A DNA stretch of 49,448 nt, filler included, from Jimgerdemannia flammicorona (lineage: Eukaryota), in the NCBI GenBank assembly GCA_003990765.1. It is 2 parts of 2 records of this genome, joined end to end, with 100 filler letters (N's around TTAATTAATTAA, not from the genome) between each part and the next. Parts side by side here need not be neighbours in the genome. Positions count along the whole stretch, not along the records: positions 1 to 24,676 come from RBNJ01000942.1; 1 more part is not named here. The stretch is one strand, 5' to 3'. Both the position numbers and the translations under genes were made by a program. The notes under the pieces were generated by a model. The model saw only the letters and a program-made list of their open reading frames with translations, made no database searches and was not told where the DNA came from. How positions within the stretch are numbered: position 1 is the first letter of the stretch; the number at the start of each line of letters is the position of its first letter. Positions 1-10,983 of the stretch are shown one piece after another.

Positions 1-17
1 AAAAAAAAAAAAAAAAA

Positions 18-1275
18 CAGGCCATAATTTCTTAATTTCTATAGGATTGATAAATCTAATTTAGATATTTCTTGGCTATCTTACTGTAGATAACTATATC
101 ATCTATATAGATCATTATCTATTTTTCTATATCTTCTTTGAAAACTTATTGAGGTATTGCATATACTGAATAGTATTTGTAGATAGATATAGGTTCTATC
201 TGAGATAATGAAGGCTGACTTTTTACTGACTTTTTAGTAAGACTATTTAATAGAATTCTAAGTATAAATCCAAGATAGTGTAGTATTATACTTTATCTTC
301 TAGTATCACTAAGATATCACTAATGAGAAATAGTAGTTAGCAATCCTTCTTAGTAACTTTATTGAGTTTTCTGTAATCTGTATAGAGCCTTAGGACAAAT
401 TCTTCTGACTTACTCTTTTCTTTAGAATTAGTACAATTGGTAAGAATCAGAGACTAATGATCTCTTTGATAATACTAACTTCTTCTATCTGCTTAATTTT
501 CTCTTTGAGCTATTTATAATATGCTGGTAAAATTGATCTTATCTTTTGATAGATTGACTCAGTGTCTTCTATATCTATATTATAATAATAGTATAGTCAC
601 TTTCTCTTGATATCCTTGAAATTAGTAGTAAAAATATCCTCAAATTCATATAGTAGCTTTTTGAGTTCCTTTTTGAATAGAAATTTATTTTCAATAGTAT
701 AGCTATACTTGTCTGTGATTTCCTCCTTCTTGTGGTCTAATTCAGTAATCTTAATACTAACAAAACTCCTCTTTCTATAGATCTGAATTCTCTTCTTTCT
801 CTTTTCATTTTCTCTAGCTTTCTGACTTTCAAAATCTTAGGTTATAGTATTAGAAAGATCAGTATTTATATAAGTTAGCTCTTCTTCTTAACTATAAATA
901 GAATTATGGAGTTAAGGTTCCTAGTAATGAGTAGAATTTCTCTAATATATATAATCTGAATCAATGACTCTTCCTTCAATTGAAATTTCACTCTTAACTA
1001 GACTGTTTCTTATTTTAAATATTCTAATATGGTCCTTGGAAATAGTCATCTATAGTCAGTTGTAAGTAGAGTTGTTGTCTGAGGTTTGAGAATTATCTTC
1101 TCAACTATAGTAATATTTATTCTGACTATATTTTCTAATCCATATTCTGATAAGACTATATTAGGATAAATCTTCTAAATCTTGACCTTGATTTCTTCTT
1201 TGTTATTACTATCCTTTAGAAGGGCTAGTGATTTGTCCTCCTGGTCTTTCTTTCTTGCTGCTTCTATCTTCTTTA
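18..1275 (-). mobile_element. Degenerate Gypsy pol relic (dUTPase-RT), related to family A
   Basis: Reverse complement is collinear with A ~3950-5200, e.g. RT YIDD region 'atctatatagatgatatagttatctacagtaag' and a dUTPase segment at ~770-1190. Many stops; ends approximate. Confidence 0.85.
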
Positions 1276-1370
1276 TAATAAATTATATTGTTGAAATATT
1301 TTAGTTATAGTAACTTGATATATAGTAGTATAGCTTGACTATATCATCATTGTAAATGTCATCAATATGT

Positions 1371-1861
1371 TGTGATGATTGATCTGAATTAGTAATATGA
1401 ATCAGGGGAATAAGACATTTGATTGTGGTATCTGAATCTGATTCCCAAATATAGTATAATACAGATAGCAGTCATTTCACAAATGTTAAAGTTTTCATGA
1501 ATGTTAAACTATTTACAGATGTTAAACTCTTTGATGATTGTCAAAGATTTAACAGATGTCAAGAATTTAACACTTATGAAAGCAATGACTCATATATAGG
1601 AAACATAGTCATAACTTAGCCATCTTATAGCTAGCAAAACTTGTGTAAATAACCTAGTATCTTAGAGTGAATAAAGCCTCAGATCGAAATAGTTCAAAAG
1701 TAAAGAGATAGCAAAGGAACTAGTAAGCCTGCAGGCAGATATACTTCAAACTCACCCACCCTCTCCTGCAACTCAAAGGACTCTATGAGAGTCAGAATGG
1801 TCAAGTTTTCAAGATACAGAAATCTGACGTACTTTCAAGAGTAAGTGTCTGCTACATTACA
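1371..1861 (+). repeat. 5' LTR of A (491 bp)
   Basis: tgtgatga...ttaca; direct repeat of 7635-8124. Confidence 0.95.
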
Positions 1862-1935
1862 ACTTAGTGCCTATTGTCTGATGATTCAAGACGAATCTCT
1901 CACTTTCAAGCTGAACAATGAACAATTACCACTAC
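1862..1935 (+). promoter_or_regulatory. PBS and conserved leader of A
   Basis: act-tagtgcctattgtctg directly follows the LTR and matches B1 10858 (act-tggtacccattggctgg) and B3 40471. Confidence 0.75.
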
Positions 1936-1981
1936 CTGAATAACTATACAAACTGAGCCCCAATACCCAGACAAGATGGAT

Positions 1982-4900
1982 ATGAGACCACCAGTATTCC
2001 ATGAATATACCTCAGATGAATCAATCATCACCTTCATTGATGATTTCGAGCAGTACACTGCTGTAAGGACCCTGACAGCAGTACAGCAAGTAGCCCTTAT
2101 GCCCTTTAGTCTATGAGGCCCTGCAAGAGCAGCATTTATAGCTGTAAACCATGCAGGAAATGATGCCGATGCTACACTGTTAGCACAGAAGACCTGGCTT
2201 CAAAATATCTACTACACAGATGAGATCAAGCAAGCTCTAAAGGATCAGCTCAATACAATATACCAAGGAATGAGCAAAGATCCAAACACATTCTATACAA
2301 GAATCCGATACCAGATAATCCTCACAGATTATACTAATACTATCTGAGACTAAGTAGCTGAAGTAATCTTCATGAAAGGAGTCCACCAGAAATAGCCATG
2401 GCCATCTGCTTATTACTAGTAATTCTGGATCTGCCACAGAAGGTCACCTATGCTCAGTAATACTGGATAGCCAGACACCCACAAGACCATACAATGGAGA
2501 GGATCACAGGAGTTAGAATTGAAGCACCCAAGGCAAGTAGTGTGATCCCTACCACAATGATCAATTGAAACACACCTCAGCCAAAAGCTACAGAGAAGCA
2601 AAAGAGCAGTGACCCTTTGGAGGAACTTACCAAGAGGTTTGTGGAAATGACTGCCCACCTGGGAGATGTGGTAAAGGAGATCAGAGGAAGGGACTGCTGC
2701 CCTGTTCAGAAGTTTGCTGCTACCTCAGATAAGAAGAAAGGTACCTGCTATATCTGTGGAGAAGAAGGCCACTACTCCTATGAATACATGAGTGAAACCA
2801 AGCACAAGGCCCAACCAAGTAATACTACTAGAAACAAGGAGTAGGCCAACACAATTACCTTCGAAGAAATTGGAGATTCTGAAGAAGAAGAATAGGAGGC
2901 CTATCCTGCCTAGACCACTAAGAAGAATGTTCACAAGGAACCCTACAAGAGACCACTGGGAAGACCCAAGAAGAATCCAGTGGAAAAACAGATGGAAACC
3001 ACCATGAAAAGCCAAGTTGAAGAGGTGGACCAAGATATGGAGCTGGAGCAAGCAGTTCAAGATATTATTTGAGGAACCACTCTAGCTAGTGAAGGAGAAA
3101 AAGAAAAGAAACTTTGCAAGACCAAGACTTTTAAGTATGATATCTTCAAGGACCTCAGTCAATAAAAGGTCAATACAACTTTTGGTCAGCTTGCAGAAAT
3201 CCTGATATTCAGACAGCAAATGAGGTTCAGACTCACCGAAACAACCAAAGAGCAAGGATGGAAGATAACTGAGGCCAATAATGTTCAAGAGAACTCAGGA
3301 GAAGAAAGTGAAGACAATTGCAAAACCTCTGCCTATGCAATATGCCAAATTGAAGATAGAATCTTTGAAGCCATCATTGATACTAGAGCAAGAGGATGTC
3401 TTCTCAGCAAGAAGGCAGCAGACCACCTAGGTTGGGAAATTGAAGAAGTAACTAAGTTGGTATTCATTACAGCAGATGGCACAAGAGCCACCTCTCTGGG
3501 AAAGATCTGAGATGTCCCCATCAAGATTGGAGGAGCAACTATCCCAGTAGATATAATCACAACCAATGCTACAAACTATGATATCCTTATTGGCAATCAA
3601 TAGCTTCACAAAGCCAGAGCAGTAATTGATCTCAATGCTCAGAAGATGCAAATCACCTATCGGGGATAGAAGATACAAATTCCCATCAATATCAACAAAG
3701 GAGTCTTGCCTGACATGGAGAAAGAAGAGAGTGAGCAAGAGGAAGCTTATATGGTAACTATCCTGAAGAAGAAAGTTGGATAGATGAGTGAAGAAGAATG
3801 GTGCAAGAAGATCACAGAAGGCTATACACCACAAGGAGTCTGTCCTCATGGAATCAAGATGTACTGTATGGAGCATATTAATGATTGCTACCAGTGCACT
3901 ATCAGAATCAAGAAGACCCACCAGGAAAGAAGACAGAAAGCTCTCGAAAAACAGGTCAGGAAAGAGAAGGAGGAGGAAGATGATGAACCACCAGCCCTCT
4001 TGAAGGACAGTGACAATGAAGAAAAAATCAAGATCAAGATTCGAAGGATCCACCCTGATACAGTTTTGCCAGAATACAAGTCAGAAAATGCAGCTGGAAT
4101 GGACATTGGCACAGTAGAAGAAGCTGTACTGGAATCTCAGACAACCACCCTACTTGCAACTGGACTAGAGATGACTATCCCAAAGGATCATATTGGGATC
4201 CTCAAGACAAGAAGCAGCCTGGCCAGAAGTGAAGTTACTATCAAAGGAGGAGTCATCAATTCTGACTATACTGGAGAAATCCTGCTCATTGTTAGGAATC
4301 ACAATCCTACAATCTCATTTCCAGTCAAGAAGAAGGACTGGTTGGTGCAGATGTTGATCTTTCTGATCCTATAACCAAGGATCATAGAAGTCAAGAATTT
4401 GGAGGAAATGAAAAGAGGAAAGAAAGGATTTGGATCCACAGGAAGAGGTGTATTTCCAAGATCACTGAACTGGAGCATAAGAAGGAGGAAACCACAAACA
4501 AGCATAGCTACACCATTAGAAATGAATTCCCACTCAAGGAGGAACTCAAGAAAATACTCTATGAATTCAAGGATGTTCTTGTCATGGATTTCAAGGATAT
4601 CAAAGGAAAGACTCCACACTACTATCATGAGATAGATATTGGAGATACCGAACCAATTTACCAGAAGGCAAGATCTGTCCCACCAGCCTACTGAGAATGG
4701 CTTAGAGAAGAAATCAAGCAGATAGAAGAAGCTGGTATTATCAAAGAAGCCAGCAGCTCCTGGTCTTCACCAGTTGTACTAGCTCTAAAAAAAGGAAGCA
4801 AGCCTGGAGAATTTGCCCCAAGACTCTGTGTTGACTATAGAAAGCTCAATGTGGTTATTAAGAAGGATCACTAATCACTGCCCCTCATCAGTGACATCCT

Positions 4901-7130
4901 TATAACATTAGGAGATGAAGCACAGTACTACAGCACCTTGGACTTATACTCAGGATTCCACCAAATTGGACTCACAGAAATGGCAAGTGAAAAATCAGCC
5001 TTCATAACCCCAGATGGAACCTACATCTACCTGTGAATGACATTTGGGATGTGCAATACACCAGCAAGCTTCCAGCAAATGATGAACAAAATCTTCCACT
5101 ATAACATAGAAAGATGGATGATGGTTTATATTTATGATGTAATCATCTACAGCAAGATACCTGAAGAACATCTACAGTATATATGGCAGATAATGGAGAG
5201 ACTAAGATAACATGACCTTTACATCAAACCCAAGAAGTGCAAGTTTGCAGAAATTGAGATCTCCTACCTTGGCCATATTATCAATCGAGATGGAATACAC
5301 ACAGACCCCCTCAAGATATAAGCAGTAGCAGTATACCCAAGACCCACTACTGTTACAGAAGTCCAAGCCTTCATGGGACTTACCTCCTACTATTGTAGAT
5401 TTATTAGAGAATTCTCCAACATCACAGATCCAATCTATGAACTCAATAAGAAGGACACCAAGTTCCAGTAGACTGGTAGACAACAAAAAGTATTTGATGA
5501 ACTCAAGATCAGACTGACCCAGGCACCCATCCTCAGATGACCCAATTGGACTCAAGAATTCATTCTGCAAACAGATGTAAGTGTATAGGGGCTAGGAGCA
5601 GTTCTAGATCAAAAGGAAGACAAAAAAGATTATGTCATTACATATCTTAGCCATAGAACCCAAGGAGCTGAAAAAGAATACGAATTCTACAAGCTGGAAT
5701 ATCTCGCAGTTATCTGGGCTGTGGAAAAGTTCCACTACTACTTAGCTGGAAGACACTTCACCATCCAGACAGACCACTTGGCTCTTACCTGGCTACTGAC
5801 AACTGGACAACCCAAAGAAATCTATACTAGATGGATAATGAAGCTACAAGCCTATAATATAACCATTGTATACTGCCCTGGAAGAACAAATTCCAATACA
5901 GATGCTCTCTCACAGATACTCCAAAATACTGCCAACCAACAAATCAATCATGAATAAGGAACTCTACTATAAAATCATCACATACCTGAGACAGCAAAAG
6001 ATGCCCCAACATCTGAAAGAATAGACACAAATAATTATCAACAGAACATGGAAACAATTCGAAACCGATGGAGAAACACTGAAGAAAGAAAAACTACTAG
6101 TCATACCAGAACATAAGAAGGAGCAAGCAATGAAATCAGTACATGAACTCAGCCATCTAGGAGGAACAAATACATACAACAAGGCAAAAATAATGATATG
6201 GTGGCCAGGAATGGAGAAAGATATCAGACAATTTGTCAAAAGCTGTGACAAATGCCAGAAACAGAAGTAAGACCAACAAAACCAAGCCCCAGGATCAGCA
6301 CACATAGAACCAGTACCATTCACTCACATAGTAATGGATATAATTGGCCCTCTACCCTTGACCTTGACTGGCAACTAATATATCATTATCATCATAGACC
6401 TTTTTACAAAATGGATAGAAGCAGGACCCCTCAAGGAAGCCAATGCACAGTTAATCACTGATTTCTTCCACAAAGAAATCATCTGCTGATTCAAAACTCT
6501 AATGCAAGTAACTACAGATAGAGGAACAAAATTCATGAACCAGTTCTTTAAGGTTCTCCACAAGAAGTACAAGATCCAGTACATTCAGACCACAGCCTAT
6601 CACCCTTAAGGAAATGGACAAGTAAAAAGAACCAACAAGACCCTCAAGAATATTATTGCCAAAATCTGTGATAACTATGAAAACTGGGATCACTATCTGC
6701 CAATAGCATTATCTGCTCTCCAAGATATCAAATCACAAAGTACCCACTTTACTCCTCAAGAGATGCTGTTCAGAGAAGAAAGTTCTCAAGAAACCCTATC
6801 ATCTAATAGAGATGCTGTATGGAAACATATGGATGGAGAAATATGGAAACTACACTGAATCAGGAAGAGAGCTGAAGATTACATAACCAAGGCACAGATA
6901 CTACAATAGAAGAATGCAGAAAAGACCCACAAACCCTTAGAGATTATCAAGATAGGAGACAAAGTTCTGGTGTATCAGAATATAGTAGAAGCTTCATAGT
7001 CACAAAAACAGAGCCCAAGTGGGAAGGACCTTACCTTGTGCAAGATATTAAAGGGACCATCTTTTGGCTACAAAAACTCTTGGGTACAATCATCCTCACT
7101 ACTATTTACTGAAACTGACTCAAGAGGTAA
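1982..7130 (+). pseudogene. gag-pol of A: Gag with zinc knuckle, protease, Cys module, dUTPase, RT, RNase H, integrase
   Basis: CYICGEEGH knuckle; AIIDTRA (decayed DTGA); dUTPase motifs AAGMDI, RSSLA, GGVINSDYTGEI, RGKKGFGSTG; RT LCVDYRKLN and YIYD (decayed YIDD, ~5126); RNase H QTDHLAL; IN motifs. Many stops and frameshifts. Confidence 0.93.
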
Positions 7131-7131
7131 C

Positions 7132-7593
7132 ATGGCTAACCAGAGGAGTACTGCCTCAGCTCTCAAGATCACTAGTGCTGCACAGTGAGCTATAGAAAGA
7201 CAATAGTGTACCACTGAACTGCCTGCCATAGAGGAATCCTTTAACAGTATCCAGAGCATAGTCCAGACACACCTGTCATGAATTTCACACTTCAAAGCCT
7301 ACCAGAACCGAACTGAGTTTCAAGAATACTTCAAACTGGGACAACTACTGAATTTGCAGCCAGAGATGGGAAAAGAAGACTGGATTAGAGATTGCCAGCT
7401 TTCCCATGCTCAGATCATGATTGCCAAATGAATCAACAAGTTGTTCAAAGATAACGAGCCAGCCTTAGCCCACTTTTGAAGAGTAGTTCTAGAAGATTTC
7501 AGATATATCAAAAGATATTACTGGGAGAACGTAATGACACAAATTGCATAGTACAAGAAGATACAAATCATAGAAGCATGGGAGTTTGAGTAA
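7132..7593 (+). pseudogene. Accessory ORF of A between integrase and PPT (~153 aa, unknown function)
   Basis: One frame with no indels: MANQRSTASALKITSAAQ*AIERQ*CTTELP...RTEFQEYFKLGQLLNLQPEMGKEDWIRDCQLSHAQIMIAK*INKLFKDNEPALAHF*RVVLEDFRYIK. Internal stops are 4 TGA and 2 TAG, each one transition away from a sense codon. Confidence 0.7.
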
Positions 7594-7624
7594 ATAGGAT
7601 GTTTCAGGGATGAATCACCTATTT

Positions 7625-7634
7625 AGGAGGAAGT
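7625..7634 (+). promoter_or_regulatory. Polypurine tract of A
   Basis: aggaggaagt immediately before the 3' LTR. Confidence 0.8.
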
Positions 7635-8124
7635 TGTGATGGTTGATCTGAATTAGTAACACAAATTAGGGGAATAAGACATTTGATCACAGTACCTAAA
7701 TCCGATTTCTAAATATAGTATAGTGTAGATAGCAGTTATTTCACAAATGTTAAAGTTTTTACAAATGTTAAACTATTCACAGATGTTAAACTCTTTGATG
7801 ATTGTTAAAGATTTAACAGATATCAAGGATTTAACACTTGTAAAAGCAATGACTCATATATAGGAAACATAGTCATAACTTAACCATCTTATAGCTAGCA
7901 AAACTTGTATAAATAACCTAGTATCTTAGAGTAAATAAAGCCTCAGATCGAAATAGTTCAAAAGCAAAGAGATAGCAAAGGAACTAGTAAGCCTGTGGGC
8001 AGATATACTTCGAACTCACCCACCCTCTCCTATAACTCAAAGGACTCTGTGAGAGTCAGAATGGTCAAGTTTTCAGATACAGAAATCTGATGTACTTTTA
8101 AGAGTAAGCATCTGCTATGTTACA
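7635..8124 (+). repeat. 3' LTR of A (490 bp)
   Basis: Direct repeat of 1371-1861. Confidence 0.95.
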
Positions 8125-9239
8125 ATGTATAAAAGTATATAAGCTAGTATTAATAAACAACTCTCCTCTCTCTCCTTTTCTCTACTCTTTTAAGTATTTT
8201 ACAATAAAATATTATGAGCCTCATTAGCAAAAGCAGATAACAAAGATACTCCTCTAATATATATATTATACTATATATATATCAAACCTAACAGATATAT
8301 TAAGTATAAGCCTACCAAGTAGTATAAGTAGAATGAGATCTAAAATAGATACTGGTAGTATAAGTATATCTAATACAATAGTTATAACTATGATTATTCC
8401 TGCAATAGTATCAACAATAATAAAGAGAATTATTCTTATCTTTAATAGTAAGGATTATACTATATAGATATACTATATAAAGTATCTCTTAGAAGAATGT
8501 GATCTGGAGAACTGCTGGAAGTTACAAATATAAATAATAAGATATAATACTATAAAAATTATAGAGTACTAAGAAAGATTATATTTATTCTTTCAAACAT
8601 ACAAATAAAACTTACTATAAATGCTATAATAGTGAATAAAGCCTGGAAGATCTTATACAATTATCATTAATAAGTATTTACATTAAATAGATTTCACCTA
8701 AAAATACAACTATTTAATCTCTAAATGAAGTCTAAGAAGAGTATCTAGGACTATACCAACTATATCAATAAGCTGATAAATTAAGTAAATTCTCTTTCTA
8801 TACTGGTAGATACTATCAAGAATAAAGACAAGGTTCTAGCCCTTATGTATAGTCTTCCTAAGATATATAATATGGTTATTACTACTATGAGAGAATCTAG
8901 TAAACTATTGAACTATAAGCATATCATTATGAGTCTTTTAAATAAGAAAATGAGGCTGGGTGGCAATAACAATAATAAAGATAATGAGAAAGCCTTCTAT
9001 AAAGCACATAGATGAGACAAAGATAAGCTGAATAAAGGATAAGAGTAAAAGCAGTATAATAGTCAGTACAATGGTCAATAAGCCAAATTTAATAATAAAT
9101 ACTTCTACTGTAATAAGTAAGTAAGACTGCAATTGAAAGAAAAAGAAAAAAAGCAGTCAAGGGTAGGTAAATATAGTAGATACTAATAGCAATAAAAGTA
9201 GCAAAGATCTATTCTTTACAGAAGCAGTAACCTATCTAT

Positions 9240-10857
9240 TGTAACAGTAACTCTAGAATAATGATATCAGTATAGGAGATAGTCTTTTCTTGCAAGCCAC
9301 CAGATTGGAGCACAAGAAGATCATATGGTATACAAGATAAGCAATTATAACCAACTGTGAGTCATTGTGACCACAGTATAGGCATCTTGAGAAATATAAA
9401 AGAATGATCAAGAAACCACAGTAGCAGCAACTTAATAAGATCTATCAATTCCAAAATAGCTCAAAGACTTACTACAAATAAAATGCCTGCTGCTCACCAA
9501 ACCTCAAAGTTAAGGAACCACCAAGATACCTCAGTCAAAGAAAGGATATTTCAAGACATTAGAAGAGCCATGAGGACCTGTATAAGAAGGATTCCTAGTA
9601 TTAACCTAGGTACTACAGATTCTTATTACTATATCCTCTACCACTATGAAATGGAAATAAGGATCACCATTGCTCCTGAATGTCTCCAAATGTGGTAGGA
9701 GTATGAAATAGGAAATCTCCTCTACTGGGAGTTCCTACAGGCTAGCCCTCAAGAGTTACAAGATACCACTCCTATAGATATATACAGCTAAGAAGATCTA
9801 TCAGATCTTCAGGCATGCACTATGGTCAATTCCCAACTTGGAGTATATTAGAGTCTCAGACTTCAGAGATCTATCAGCCTGCTGTATTAATGCACTAGAA
9901 GTTAGAGTGGCTACAGAAGCCCAGTCCACTATCACTCTCAATAGTAATGAAGTAGAAGACTTCTGGTATTCCATCCTCTAGGACAACCCAGACCAATTTC
10001 TGCAAAGATTGATCTCAGTATTCCAAGGTCCAAGTATCTAGGTTAGATCTCTCCAAGACCCCACATTTGTCCCCTATTTTATGGAAGAGAACCTTATAGA
10101 TTGGAGAGCTCCCAATTTTTCTGCTGAACATAATGATATTATTAGCAATGATGTCATTCTGCATAATATATATAAAACATATGATCTATATAATAATAAT
10201 GAGATGGACAAAATATTTGCAGACCTCATCTCCTCAAAGACATCCTGACCTCAGATAAGGATAAAGCTTCTATAGTCCTGAACATTTTGCTCTAAAGTCT
10301 CTTGATTATACTGAATTATACCAGCACTCTTTTCCTATATAACAGCTGTTCCTCTATCAGTATTCTGATGTGACTCAGAATTATTCCAGCACTCTTTTCC
10401 TGTGTAACAGCTGTTTCTCCACTGGCATTCTGATATGACTCAGAATTATTCCAGCACTATTTTCCTATACTACCAAAATTATATCAATATCCTGAACCTG
10501 TGCAACCATCAGTATCAATACTGGAACTTAGTAGTTTTCTATATTCTGGTATTTTATTTTAGTTATTGGAATTTATATTTAGCTTTATATCTTAGCAATC
10601 ATTGAATTATATTTTGTATAAATACCCCTCTTATTTCCTCTAAAATAAAGTTAGTTCCTCTCAGTACAATATATACAATTCCTTACAAGTAATCTAAGAG
10701 ATAACAAGACAGTTTAAAGATAAGAAGTTTGAGGACTATAAGACCTTGGGAAGGCACTCCAATAAGAACTTACTTATAACAAACTTGAGTTAGTCTAAGA
10801 GATATATCTTGAAGAGAATCTGATGTATTTGAAGGACTCAGAAACTACTATGTGACA
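9240..10857 (+). repeat. 5' LTR of B1 (1618 bp), containing a decayed ORF at 9483-10295
   Basis: tgtaacag...tgtgaca; repeated at 16537, 20972, 36480, 38897 and 46142. Confidence 0.93.
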
Positions 10858-10983
10858 ACTTGGTACCCATTGGCTGGTAATTCAAGATGAATCCCTCACT
10901 TTCAAGCTGAAAAATGAACAACTACCACAACAACTACCCTGACTACAAGAGTCATCCCTGCAAGAATTTAAGATAAGATAGAA

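Larger units (their letters stand above)
1371..8124 (+). mobile_element. Full-length dUTPase-encoding Ty3/Gypsy element, family A (inactive)
   Basis: TG...CA LTR pair, 4-bp TSD ATGT (1367-1370 / 8125-8128), PBS, PPT, and gag-PR-dUTPase-RT-RH-IN order. Confidence 0.95.

Noticed and set aside
1..17. Poly-A run
   Set aside because: At the window edge with no context.
3427..4053. Hydrophobic antisense ORFs (208 aa here and many similar)
   Set aside because: They are shadows of purine-rich pol coding sequence.
10313..10470. CRISPR-like spaced repeats
   Set aside because: The spacers are near-identical, the array lies inside an LTR, and there are no cas genes.
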